DNA from: an uncultured archaeon
GTDB taxonomy: Archaea; Altiarchaeota; Altiarchaeia; IMC4; CAZEGI01
Direction: 5' to 3'
Length of the DNA stretch: 64,000 nt
Assembly: GCA_964512105.1 (NCBI GenBank)
Contig: CAZEGI010000002.1
Coordinates: forward strand, 15,125-79,124
Shown here: one piece after another, positions 16,642 through 26,605 of the stretch
How the letters are laid out: each line of letters begins with the position of its first letter
Numbering within the stretch: the first letter of the stretch is position 1
The notes under the pieces: generated by a model
What the model was told of the DNA's origin: nothing
What the model saw: only the letters and a program-made list of their open reading frames with translations
The model's database searches: none
Translations under genes and position numbers: made by a program

Positions 16642-18129
16642 ATGAGAGTGCTTCTTTTGAACGCGCCATGCAGGTTCCCGATAGACGAGAAGACAGAAAG
16701 GTTCGTGGTCAGGGGCGGCATTCGCTGGCCGTTCTCAATCGTGAAGCCGAAGGACCGGGTGCAGGTTTCGATGTTTCCCTTTTATCTCGGCTATAGCGCG
16801 ACCCTGCTCGAGAAGGAAAATTTTGACGTGAGGGTTATAGATGCGATACCCTTGAATATGTCCTACGGGGACTTCTACAAGGAAGTCGGGAAGCGTTCGC
16901 CGGATCTTGTCGTGAGCGAATGTTCAACCATAAGCATATACAACGACCTAGAGATTGCTCGCAGGATTAAGGAACTGACGAACTCGAGGATATGTCTTGT
17001 GGGGCTTCACGTCTCCTCACTTCCGGAAGAAATCCTGAAGGAAAACGATTTTGTGGACTACATCTGCACGGGGGAATACGAACTGACCGTTCTCGAACTC
17101 TGCAAAAAACTCCGAGACAAAAAACCGCTGGATGATGTTTTGGGCCTTGCCTACAGAGAAGGCAAAAAAATCAGAATAAATCCAAGGAGACCGCCTATCG
17201 AACCTCTGGATCGGTTGCCGTTTCCCGCAAGGCACTTGTTCCCGATAGACACCAAGTGCGACATGGACGCGTACTTCGACCTGTGGTGCGAGAAGCGCCC
17301 CGCACTGCAGATGCACACCTCGAGGGGATGCCCGTACGGATGCAACTTCTGTGCATGGACGCAGGTGATGTACGGTGGCAGGGGCTACAGAATGTTCAGC
17401 CCGGATTACGTAATCCGCGAGATGAAGCACCTTATCAGCGAATACGGGGCAAAGGAGATTTACTTCGACGACGACGATTTCACGATAAACAAACAGCACG
17501 TCATGCAAATCTGCGACAGGATAAAAAACGAGGGCATAAGGATACCGTGGAGTTGCATGGGCGATGTGATAGCTACGGATGAGGAAATGATAAGGGCGAT
17601 GGCATCCGCAGGTTGCATAGGCTTGAAGTTCGGCGTCGAATCTGCAGATGAAGCGCTCATACGCAAAATCGGAAAACCAATCTCCCTGGAAAAGGTCGTG
17701 AAGGTCGCGGAATGGTGCAAGAAATACAAGCTCCGAACTCATGCCACCTTTACCTTCGGGCTTCTCGGCGAAACCAAGGCATCAATAGAAAAGACAATAA
17801 AGTTCGCGATGAACCTCGATGTTGACAGCGTCCAGTTCTCAATCACGACGCCTTTTCCAGGAACGAGGTTTTACGACGACGCGAAGCAGTACATCTCCGA
17901 GAAGGACTGGTCGAAGTACGACGGCTGCCAGCGTTCCGTGGTAAGTTACCCGAACCTCAGCGCCGGTGAGATCGAGGAGGCCTTCCATAGGGCGTGCCTC
18001 ATGTGGTCCAAGAAATGCCTGAAAAACCCGTCGTGGGTGAAGAAAAACGTGCTTCTGGCTTACAGATCGAACGGTCTGAAGGGCGTTTTAAGCGGCGCGC
18101 GTAAAGCAGCAAAAATACTCAGAAAATGA
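16642..18129 (+). CDS. Cobalamin-binding (class B) radical SAM protein
   Basis: N-terminal B12-binding-like domain; SRGCPYGCNFC; FGVES; ATG 16642 preferred. Confidence 0.9.
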   Translation: MRVLLLNAPCRFPIDEKTERFVVRGGIRWPFSIVKPKDRVQVSMFPFYLGYSATLLEKENFDVRVIDAIPLNMSYGDFYKEVGKRSPDLVVSECSTISIYNDLEIARRIKELTNSRICLVGLHVSSLPEEILKENDFVDYICTGEYELTVLELCKKLRDKKPLDDVLGLAYREGKKIRINPRRPPIEPLDRLPFPARHLFPIDTKCDMDAYFDLWCEKRPALQMHTSRGCPYGCNFCAWTQVMYGGRGYRMFSPDYVIREMKHLISEYGAKEIYFDDDDFTINKQHVMQICDRIKNEGIRIPWSCMGDVIATDEEMIRAMASAGCIGLKFGVESADEALIRKIGKPISLEKVVKVAEWCKKYKLRTHATFTFGLLGETKASIEKTIKFAMNLDVDSVQFSITTPFPGTRFYDDAKQYISEKDWSKYDGCQRSVVSYPNLSAGEIEEAFHRACLMWSKKCLKNPSWVKKNVLLAYRSNGLKGVLSGARKAAKILRK

Positions 18130-19064
18130 AACCGCTTGTTTCCGTCGTGATACCAGCGAAAAACGAGGAAAAATTCCTGCCGAAACTGCTCGGCACCCTG
18201 ATGAACCAAACCTACGACAACCTCGAGATAATTGTTGTTGATGACGGTTCCACAGACAGGACACCAGAAATCGCAATAGAGTTCAAAAAGAAAAGCCGGT
18301 TTCCTATAAAACTCGTAAAACATGAAAAAACAAAGGGCCTTACAGTAACGCGGAACGACGGCGTCAGAAATTCCAAGGGCGAAGTGATAGTGATGTTCGA
18401 TGCCGACAATGAGGTCAATCCGGAATACGTGTCAAAGGCGCTCGGGACTTTCACGGAGAATACCATTGGTGTCATACCCGTATACAAAAACACAAAGGAC
18501 ACGTTTGTCGAGAGGTGCATCGTCTCCATATTAAACAAGAAACCGCTCGAAATGCCGCTGTTCTGGAACAGGAAGGAGCTGGACAAACTCGGCTACTGGG
18601 ACGAGTCGCTCGGCTTCGGCGGCGACAGGGACATGTACTGGCGGCTGAACGAATACCGCAAAAAAACAGGGAAGGACATTCTCGTGAGCAATGGTTCAAT
18701 TCTGTACGTTCACCATCCGCACACGCTGAAGGAACTGTTCAGGCAGCAGCAGTATTACGGCAGGGGGCTTTACATCTTCATGAAGAAGAATCCGAACACC
18801 GACAATTTCAAAACGCTTTTCAGGATTGGATTCCCGCTTTTTTATATCGGTCCGGCAGCAGCCCTGCTGGGTGTGAGGTTCGGATGGCTTCTCCTCTTGC
18901 TCTCGTTGCCTTACATACTCATCGAACTTAAGCGCACAATTAACGGCCTCAGGAACAAGGAGGTTTACGCATTGCTGATGTTCCTGATAGATACCGTGAA
19001 ATGGCTGGGTCTTGTGGTTGGAATATCCGATTTCATACTCAAAGGGAAGAAATACAGAGAATGA
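18126..19064 (+). CDS. GT2 glycosyltransferase with C-terminal TMs
   Basis: VVIPAKNEE, VDDGSTD, FDAD. Confidence 0.92.
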   Translation: MKPLVSVVIPAKNEEKFLPKLLGTLMNQTYDNLEIIVVDDGSTDRTPEIAIEFKKKSRFPIKLVKHEKTKGLTVTRNDGVRNSKGEVIVMFDADNEVNPEYVSKALGTFTENTIGVIPVYKNTKDTFVERCIVSILNKKPLEMPLFWNRKELDKLGYWDESLGFGGDRDMYWRLNEYRKKTGKDILVSNGSILYVHHPHTLKELFRQQQYYGRGLYIFMKKNPNTDNFKTLFRIGFPLFYIGPAAALLGVRFGWLLLLLSLPYILIELKRTINGLRNKEVYALLMFLIDTVKWLGLVVGISDFILKGKKYRE

Positions 19065-20104
19065 AAGTTGCTATTGTGAGGGGGCCGTTCCTGAACCCGT
19101 GGGAGATGCAGAACTACGATTTTGACGGCATCACTTACATCGGTAGCACTCCGCATTTTTACGAATTCAGCGACAAGAGAGCGGTGTTCCCCCGGATGTA
19201 TCACAACCCGCTCATCAGGGCAGCCGGTCTGGGCTACTTCATGCCCTCACTGAAAAAAATCCTCCGGGATTTTGATGTTGTTCATTCCGTGGAGGCGTAT
19301 CACTCCATGTCCCTGATGGCTGCACGTACATCAGGGAAGTTCGTTTTCACGCAATGGGAAACCCTGCCGGATTTTGGTTCTTACCTGTATCCGCCAAAAA
19401 AACTCATCTCAAAGCACGTGATAAAAAAAGCGGATTTGATACATGCGGTGACGCGGAGGGCCGCTGACTGCGTGATAAAACTTGGCGCAACTCCGAGTAA
19501 GGTTTTTGTCAAGCCGTACGGCGTTGACCCGAAAAAATTCAGGCCGGATGCGGAACCAAAATACAGAAGGAGATTTTTATCCGGTGGTGGCGGGGCCGTG
19601 ATACTTTTCATCGGCAGGATTGTCGAAGAGAAAGGAGTGCCGGTTCTCCTGGACGCATACAAAAATCTGAAGAGCAAGGCCCGGCTTGTTTTATGCGGCA
19701 GCGGTCCGGTAAAAACCCCCAACGACGTTATCCGGATTGACACCCTTCCCTACCATGAAGTCCCGTTTCTGCATGCAAGCGCGGACGTACTTTGTTTGCC
19801 GAGCGTTCCGCACAAAAAATGGGAAGAGCAGTTCGGCTTCGTCCTGGTCGAGGCGATGGCGTCAGGAAAGCCGGTTGTCGCTACGAATTCGGGAGCAATC
19901 CCCGAGATTGTGGAAGACCAGAAGAACGGATTCCTGGTTCCGCCGGGAAATTCCAAAAAACTAAGGGATGCGCTTGAGCATCTGATTGAAAATGAGTCTG
20001 AAAGAAAAAAAATCGGGATTAGAAACCGGAAAAAAGCGCTGGAGAGATTCAACGCAAAGAATTTTTCTGCGGAAATCCGCAAGAAGTACGAATCAATCTT
20101 GTGA
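19061..20104 (+). CDS. GT4 glycosyltransferase
   Basis: GRIVEEKG, EQFGFVLVEAMASG; ATGA overlap start at 19061. Confidence 0.92.
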   Translation: MKVAIVRGPFLNPWEMQNYDFDGITYIGSTPHFYEFSDKRAVFPRMYHNPLIRAAGLGYFMPSLKKILRDFDVVHSVEAYHSMSLMAARTSGKFVFTQWETLPDFGSYLYPPKKLISKHVIKKADLIHAVTRRAADCVIKLGATPSKVFVKPYGVDPKKFRPDAEPKYRRRFLSGGGGAVILFIGRIVEEKGVPVLLDAYKNLKSKARLVLCGSGPVKTPNDVIRIDTLPYHEVPFLHASADVLCLPSVPHKKWEEQFGFVLVEAMASGKPVVATNSGAIPEIVEDQKNGFLVPPGNSKKLRDALEHLIENESERKKIGIRNRKKALERFNAKNFSAEIRKKYESIL

Positions 20105-21691
20105 TTTCAGTATGTAAATCGTTCCCGCATTCCTGCCAAGTATGTCCTCATAACCGAAAGACTTTATGGCTGAATAATTTCCGTAAACCTTCTCCCTGCA
20201 CGACGTTTTGTATGTCACTTCCCCGTTGAAACTGTCCGAATTCATCGAGATGAGGTAGGTCCGGTTTACCGCGCACCCGAAAGATATGTCCGAGAAGTGG
20301 AGCATGTTGTACTCCAAACCACCGTCTATTTCGTCAATAGGAACGTTCTGCTGCAGCAGGTAATTTATCGCGTCCCATCGCGCCGTGTTCCATGACAGGT
20401 AATCATAAGTGCCGTAGAGCGACCACACGCCGAACACGACAAGCATCAGAATCAGGCCTTCCATTCCGAACCGCATGTCCTTTACGGAATAAATCACTAT
20501 CGGCGCAACCAGCGGTATCAGCGGTATGTAGTATCTGTCGAAGTGGTATATCTGAAAGCCGAGAACCGCATACGGAACAATCATGCACAGAAGTAGCAGG
20601 TGTTTTTTGTCCTTCGGAAGCTTCATGGCGTAAAGCGCTATGCAAAACAGGGCCGCAAACGAGAGCACGGTTATCGGCACCCACCAGAAATCCGGAAAGA
20701 GTTCGGGCTTCACGCCCGCGACATACGCAGGCCCAAGCCATTCCGGTTCAATAATGTTCGCAGCGAACGGCATTATGAATCTTTTGTTTGCGACGAATTT
20801 GTATACCGGCACAAGCACTGCCAGAAGGGTTATAAAAACCGGCACGGTTTTTGCTCTGCCCAGCCCCATAAAATCCCTCATCACGTGCCTCCAGTTCAGC
20901 ATGTACACGAGAGCAACCGGGAAGAAGAAGAACCCGACATAAGTGAATATCTTGAAAAGAACATACGGCACGTTGATGAGGTGCTCCGAAAGGTATGCCG
21001 TCTTTTCCGTTATCTTTGGCGAAGGTCCGTATATCTCGTAATACCAGTAGAACCATCCTGTAACTACAATTAGCGGCAGCAGCCCCAGAACCGCAAGGTT
21101 TTTTGCGTTCAATTTTTTCTCGAGCAGGAGGTAGAGCGCAACACCGGCAAGCGGTATTATCGCTGTTTGCTTTACCAGAAAACTCATCACGCCGAATACG
21201 GAAACTACAATCAGATACCTGCTGTCCTTCCCGAGCACAACCTTGAACGCGGCGAGAACCGTAAGCATCGTGAACGCGAGAGCAGGAACGTCGGTCATGA
21301 ACGAGTGGCTCAGGTTGTAGAATATCGGATTCGTGAGCAGAATAGCGGCTCCGATAAAAGCCATTTTCTCGGAAAAAAACTCTTTAAGGAACAGATACGT
21401 CGCTATTACGGCGATGCCAGCGACAAGCATCGTGCCAACCATCAGAACCTCATGGCTGAAACCGAAAATTTTCACGAGGAGTATGCTGTACAGGTATTGG
21501 AGTATGAAGGTGGGCGTCACGTACTTGTGGATTTCCAGGGCGCCCCTCTCCACGTAGTTCTTCACGGACATGTAGAATATCGGGTCGTCGTTCAGCGGAA
21601 CGTTCCTCGGCAGCACCAAAAACAAAAAAACGTACGTAATCGCCGCAACAGCCAACACATCAAGCTTTCTCATCTTGTCAATAACAATCAC
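20093..21691 (-). CDS. GT-C (ArnT/PMT-like) membrane glycosyltransferase
   Basis: PLNDD after the first TM, SFMTDVP, FDRY; many TMs; start may be ATG 21673. Confidence 0.8.
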   Translation of the reverse strand: MIVIDKMRKLDVLAVAAITYVFLFLVLPRNVPLNDDPIFYMSVKNYVERGALEIHKYVTPTFILQYLYSILLVKIFGFSHEVLMVGTMLVAGIAVIATYLFLKEFFSEKMAFIGAAILLTNPIFYNLSHSFMTDVPALAFTMLTVLAAFKVVLGKDSRYLIVVSVFGVMSFLVKQTAIIPLAGVALYLLLEKKLNAKNLAVLGLLPLIVVTGWFYWYYEIYGPSPKITEKTAYLSEHLINVPYVLFKIFTYVGFFFFPVALVYMLNWRHVMRDFMGLGRAKTVPVFITLLAVLVPVYKFVANKRFIMPFAANIIEPEWLGPAYVAGVKPELFPDFWWVPITVLSFAALFCIALYAMKLPKDKKHLLLLCMIVPYAVLGFQIYHFDRYYIPLIPLVAPIVIYSVKDMRFGMEGLILMLVVFGVWSLYGTYDYLSWNTARWDAINYLLQQNVPIDEIDGGLEYNMLHFSDISFGCAVNRTYLISMNSDSFNGEVTYKTSCREKVYGNYSAIKSFGYEDILGRNAGTIYILKSQD

Positions 21692-21700
21692 CTTTGTCCC

Positions 21701-22618
21701 TTAAATCCGATGTTTTTCCGCAAGCTCCCGCATGGTCACGATTTTCCTGCCGCTGTCCAGTATCGTCTCGATTGCCTTCCTGAGGATTTCGGTTTTTTTT
21801 CCAAGTGGCGTATCCAATCGTTCCAGGAAAATCCTTCTCTTCGGGTCGAGGTCGTTTCTGTCCATAAGGTCCGCGGGGTGAACCGTATAGTAAAACGCGT
21901 CTGTCTCGCGCAGGCACGAGTCGAGGATTTTCTTGTGCAGCCCCCATCCCAAAACAAAGGCCATGGTGTGCCAGCATGCCACCCTCAAATGGTTCGTGGG
22001 CATGGGCATCACGGTGATGCCTCCGCCTTTTTTTGCATCCCCGCCGAACAAATCGCCGTTGCTGCGGTAGACGCCCCGCGGTCCGAAGAGATTCAGAAGA
22101 AAATCCCTGCGCCTTAGTATCCTGAAGATTTTTTCGCTGCCGATGTGGTTGTACATGTATTTGAGCATGACAGGAAATATAACCCATGAAGGGAACGAGG
22201 ACGCATCGTAGCTGTAGCCCAGTTCCATTAAAACCCTTATAAGTTCCGGCGATGTGGACCAAGCCGGTGATATAAAACCATCAGGTTTGTGTCCGGTGGT
22301 TTCCTCGATAATCTTATGTGACAGTTCGACTTCGCCGCGTATCCCGCTCTTGCTCATTACTCCTATGTTTATCGGGTGGGACCATGAGTGGTTTCCAATC
22401 TCATGACCCTGCGATGACCACTCCCCGACACGCTCGCGGTTTTCGGTTTTTTCGAGGTCCCTCCCTATTACGTAAATGCTGTACCTGAAATCGTACTCGT
22501 CAGCTATCCTGAAAAATCTCTCTGAAATTTCAAAGAAGGTTGGGTCACGGTAGTTTTGGGGGAAACCGTACGCCTCGCCTAGGGAATCCAGATGTAAACT
22601 AATCGCCGCATACTTCAT
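21701..22618 (-). CDS. Polysaccharide deacetylase (CE4) family protein
   Basis: GHEIGNHSWSH, GFISPAW, YSYDAS. Confidence 0.88.
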   Translation of the reverse strand: MKYAAISLHLDSLGEAYGFPQNYRDPTFFEISERFFRIADEYDFRYSIYVIGRDLEKTENRERVGEWSSQGHEIGNHSWSHPINIGVMSKSGIRGEVELSHKIIEETTGHKPDGFISPAWSTSPELIRVLMELGYSYDASSFPSWVIFPVMLKYMYNHIGSEKIFRILRRRDFLLNLFGPRGVYRSNGDLFGGDAKKGGGITVMPMPTNHLRVACWHTMAFVLGWGLHKKILDSCLRETDAFYYTVHPADLMDRNDLDPKRRIFLERLDTPLGKKTEILRKAIETILDSGRKIVTMRELAEKHRI

Positions 22619-22685
22619 TCCATATCACGTATGACGTATTATCCCCAAGGATTTATATACAGCGAATAGCATATATGAGGAGAAA

Positions 22686-23750
22686 ATGATATCCATCGTG
22701 CTGGGCACAAGACCGGAAATCATCAAGATGTCGCCTGTAATCAGGGCTCTTGACAGGAAACGTGCGAAATACTTCATACTACACACGGGCCAGCATTACT
22801 CCAAGGAGCTCGATGAGGTGTTCTTCCGTGATTTGAATCTACAGCAGCCGAAGTATAACCTCGGCGTTGGTTCGGGTTCGCATGCACACGAGATAGGCAA
22901 GATGCTTGTCGGGATAGAAACTGTTCTCAACAAAGAGAAGCCAGATATTGTCCTTGTAGAAGGCGACACAAACACCGTTCTGGCCGGAGCGCTTGCGGCG
23001 TCCAAACTTGGAATAAAGGTGGGGCATGTGGAAGCGGGTCTGCGCTCGTATGACAGGCAAATGCCCGAAGAGCTTAACAGGATTCTTGCGGACCACTGCT
23101 CCGACCTGCTTTTTTCACCGACAAAAAATTCCAGAAAAATACTGCTTGGCGAAGGAATCCCCAGAGAGAAAATATTCGTCACAGGAAACACCATCGTTGA
23201 TGCCGTAAAACAAAACCTTAACCGGATAAAAAACTCAAGCGTTTTGAGCAAATTGAATTTAAACAGGAAATCCTACTTCCTTACAACGGCCCACCGGGCC
23301 GAAAACGTCGATGACATAAAAAGATTCAAAAACATACTTGATGGTTTGCATCTGATACGGAAGGAATTTAACCTGCCCGTGATATACCCGATACACCCGA
23401 GGTCAAGAAAGATGTTCCGCTCATTCAGGCTGAAGTGCGACGGCATAACCTTCGTTGACCCGGTCGGGTTTATAGATTTTTTGAACCTGTTAAGCAACGC
23501 ACGTCTCGTTCTCACGGATTCCGGCGGGGTGCAGGAAGAGTCATGCGTTCTCGGGGTTCCGTGCGTGACCATGAGGGACAACACCGAGCGGCCCGAAACG
23601 CTGGAAGTCGGAAGCAACGCGCTCGCGGGTGCTGACAGCACATCTATACTCAAAAAAACAAAATACATGCTGTCCAAAAAAGCGGGGTGGAAAAACCCGT
23701 TTGGCGATGGCAGGGCAGGGGGGCGCATCGCGTCGATAATCACAAAATGA
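22686..23750 (+). CDS. wecB: UDP-N-acetylglucosamine 2-epimerase (non-hydrolysing)
   Basis: GTRPEIIK, TGQH, HVEAGLRS, TDSGGVQEE, NTERPE. Confidence 0.96.
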   Translation: MISIVLGTRPEIIKMSPVIRALDRKRAKYFILHTGQHYSKELDEVFFRDLNLQQPKYNLGVGSGSHAHEIGKMLVGIETVLNKEKPDIVLVEGDTNTVLAGALAASKLGIKVGHVEAGLRSYDRQMPEELNRILADHCSDLLFSPTKNSRKILLGEGIPREKIFVTGNTIVDAVKQNLNRIKNSSVLSKLNLNRKSYFLTTAHRAENVDDIKRFKNILDGLHLIRKEFNLPVIYPIHPRSRKMFRSFRLKCDGITFVDPVGFIDFLNLLSNARLVLTDSGGVQEESCVLGVPCVTMRDNTERPETLEVGSNALAGADSTSILKKTKYMLSKKAGWKNPFGDGRAGGRIASIITK

Positions 23751-24448
23751 ATGCCGTTGTAATACCCATGTTCAACGAGGAGGACAATGTCGTTCCGCTT
23801 ACCGAGAGGATAGAGGGCGTATTTGCCAAGAACAACATACGATGTGACATCGTTCTGCTTAACGACGGAAGCAGGGACAAAACCCTGGAGAAGATGCGCG
23901 AGGTTTCCAAAAGGTACGACAACGTAAAAATAGTTTCAAGCGACGTCAATATCGGATTCGGAAAAATCGTGAAGAAGGGCATACGATACTGCATCGATTC
24001 CGGATACGACATCCTGATATTCATGGACGGCGATTTAACGCACGACCCCGCGGAAATACCGCAATTTCTCAGGGCGATGGACGGAGTGGACATGGTGATA
24101 GGTTCAAGATACGTGAACGGCGGCGGGATGAAGAACGTTCCTCTCAAGAGGGTTTTGGTAAGCCATCTCGGAAATCTGTTCCTCAAGATATTCTTCCGTC
24201 TGCCTGTAAAGGACGCAACCGGCGGTTACCGCGCGGTAAGAACCGGCGTGTTCAAAAAAATAAAACTGAAGGAAGAAGGGTTTGTCCTGCAGCTTGAAGA
24301 GGTTGCCGAGGCGAGCAAGAAGGGCTTCGTGATAAGGGAAGTTCCAATCGTGGTGTCAAACAGGGTTTATGGGACATCGAAATTCAACCTGTCGCCGAGA
24401 CACATCCTGACCTACCTCACGTTCTCAATAAAAAATCGTTTCAGGTAA
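23747..24448 (+). CDS. DPM1-like GT2 (polyprenol-phosphate sugar synthase)
   Basis: IPMFNEE, MDGDLTH, GSRY, DATGGYR; ATGA overlap start. Confidence 0.9.
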   Translation: MNAVVIPMFNEEDNVVPLTERIEGVFAKNNIRCDIVLLNDGSRDKTLEKMREVSKRYDNVKIVSSDVNIGFGKIVKKGIRYCIDSGYDILIFMDGDLTHDPAEIPQFLRAMDGVDMVIGSRYVNGGGMKNVPLKRVLVSHLGNLFLKIFFRLPVKDATGGYRAVRTGVFKKIKLKEEGFVLQLEEVAEASKKGFVIREVPIVVSNRVYGTSKFNLSPRHILTYLTFSIKNRFR

Positions 24449-24449
24449 C

Positions 24450-25148
24450 ATGACAGACAATCCATGGGATTCCTACTTCGCATCAAAAGGGGTTTCCGAG
24501 TACGACTTGAGATACTGGAAGTTCATGGAGAAATTTGCCGCACCCCTCGGTGACAACGCGCTCGTACTTGAGGCAGGATGCGGTTCGGGCCGCGCTCTCC
24601 TCCAGTTCAAAAAAAGTTTCAATGTTGGCCTTGACAACTCGAAGAAGGCGCTTACAATAGCAAAACAAAACCTTGCAGGAACAAAACACGCCCTTGTCAT
24701 GGCAGATATAAGAAAACTGCCTTTCAGGGACAACGCTTTTGGTCTGGTGTACAACTCCGGCGTGCTGGAGCACTTTCCAAAGCCCGATGACCTTGAGGTG
24801 ATGTCCGAGCTTGCGAGAGTTGCAAGGAAGGGCGGCAGGGTCGTTGTCATAGTTCCGAACACCCTCTGCCTGTGGTATGTGCTGGGGAAAAACCTCGCAC
24901 GTCTGCTCGGGAGATGGAGATTCAGTTACGAGGGTTCGTACACCCTGTGGGGCCTGAAAAAACTTTTCAGCAGTGCCGGCTTGAGGGTGGAGTCGTCCAG
25001 CGGGTTTCAGTTGTTCCCGCCATCGCATGATGGATTTCGCAGATTGTATCCTCATGTTTTTTACATGCTGTTCTCCGGCATAGAAAAAAGAATAAAAAAC
25101 CTAAACAAATATATTGCATACGTTGTTGCTATCGTTGGTGCAAAATGA
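24450..25148 (+). CDS. Class I SAM-dependent methyltransferase
   Basis: LEAGCGSG, DIRKLPF, GVLEH. Confidence 0.92.
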   Translation: MTDNPWDSYFASKGVSEYDLRYWKFMEKFAAPLGDNALVLEAGCGSGRALLQFKKSFNVGLDNSKKALTIAKQNLAGTKHALVMADIRKLPFRDNAFGLVYNSGVLEHFPKPDDLEVMSELARVARKGGRVVVIVPNTLCLWYVLGKNLARLLGRWRFSYEGSYTLWGLKKLFSSAGLRVESSSGFQLFPPSHDGFRRLYPHVFYMLFSGIEKRIKNLNKYIAYVVAIVGAK

Positions 25149-26605
25149 AATGGTACTCCAAGCTGCTCAGTGAGAACATCTACGGCGTGGGCGTGAACAT
25201 CTCCATGCTGATTGGCGGCATAGGCTCGGTGATCATATTCCCCAAGCTTTTGGGTCCAGAACAGTTCGGCTATTTCTCGATAGCATTCGCTATTGTGAAT
25301 TTCTGCCTTTTCTTTGCAAACGTTGGAATGGATACCGCCGTTCTGAAATTCATATCCTCAAGCACGGTCTGGGGAAACACCAAGGAATACCTGCGCATAT
25401 TCTCAAAGTGGCGATACATCCTCACGCTTGCAACTTTTGTTTCAATCTTTCTGCTTTCGGATGCGATTGCGGAGTACATATTCAAAAACCCGGCTCTTGG
25501 CACCGGTATCAGAATCGGCTCGTTTTACCTACTCTTCTATTCACTATACACCTACTACGGCTCGATACTGACTGGGCTGATGAAAAACCGGTCGTTTTTC
25601 ATATCGTCCGTGATTTACGACTTTTCGAGGGTCGTGATGCCTGTACTGCTTTTTTCGTTTTTTTTGGGTTACGGAAGCATTATCTGGGGCATCGTTGCGG
25701 CAGCAATCGTTGCGTTCCTAATAGTCCGCAAGGAAGTCGCTCGTACAATCATGCCCGACACATCCAAATGGATTGATACATCAAACCTGAAAAGTTTCAT
25801 CCGTTACGGCATGATAGGTTACTTCGGGACGCTTCTGATACAGTGGATGGACTCGATGATACTCGGCATATTCCAAAGTTCGTCCGAGGTTGGATTTTAC
25901 AGATTAGGCGTAATGCTCGTTAGTTCTGTCGGCCTCATGATACCGTTTTCGCAAAAGATACTGTTTCCATTTTATTCCGAAAAGCACGAATCCCAAAGAA
26001 AAAGCGAGATAGACAGCATATTCAAGCACACGTTCAAATATGGCATAATATTCGCACTGCTGTTTGTGCTCGGTTTCGTTCTGGTTTCCGACTACTTCAT
26101 AAAGTTTGTATACGGTGATGTGTATTCTGCGTCATATCCCATTATCGTGATACTCTCGATACTGAACCTCGAGGTCGTCCTGAATTCAGTGACGCGCCCG
26201 TTGCTGCTGGGCATAGGCAGGATAGACATCACAACAAAATACGTTTTGATTGTGGGCACGGTAGCCACAGTGCTGAATTTTATCGTTGCTCCGGTCCATG
26301 GGATGTACGGTGTCGCGTTTGTTACAATGCTCGTAAGGTTACTCTCGATACTTGTGCTTACGCATTACACGCTGAGGGTGTCGTCCATACGGGTTCCGTG
26401 GGCGATGTATTCAAAACCCATTCTGTGCTTTCTTATAACGCTGGTTTTGTTCTATCCGTTAAGGCCGATGGTAAACTCGCTGGCTATGGGAATCATATTC
26501 TCGGGTTTGATAACCATCGCGTACGCTTCGTTGTTGTTCGTAACAAAAAGCGTAACGACAGATGAGTTTATGAAGCTTATCCCTCGGGGACACGATACAA
26601 AATGA
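25145..26605 (+). CDS. Wzx/MOP-family oligosaccharide flippase
   Basis: LLGPEQFG, DSMILG...EVGFY, GMYGVA; many TMs. Confidence 0.9.
   Translation: MKWYSKLLSENIYGVGVNISMLIGGIGSVIIFPKLLGPEQFGYFSIAFAIVNFCLFFANVGMDTAVLKFISSSTVWGNTKEYLRIFSKWRYILTLATFVSIFLLSDAIAEYIFKNPALGTGIRIGSFYLLFYSLYTYYGSILTGLMKNRSFFISSVIYDFSRVVMPVLLFSFFLGYGSIIWGIVAAAIVAFLIVRKEVARTIMPDTSKWIDTSNLKSFIRYGMIGYFGTLLIQWMDSMILGIFQSSSEVGFYRLGVMLVSSVGLMIPFSQKILFPFYSEKHESQRKSEIDSIFKHTFKYGIIFALLFVLGFVLVSDYFIKFVYGDVYSASYPIIVILSILNLEVVLNSVTRPLLLGIGRIDITTKYVLIVGTVATVLNFIVAPVHGMYGVAFVTMLVRLLSILVLTHYTLRVSSIRVPWAMYSKPILCFLITLVLFYPLRPMVNSLAMGIIFSGLITIAYASLLFVTKSVTTDEFMKLIPRGHDTK

Noticed and set aside
21167..22117. 316-aa plus-strand ORF
   Set aside because: Antisense to two well-supported genes
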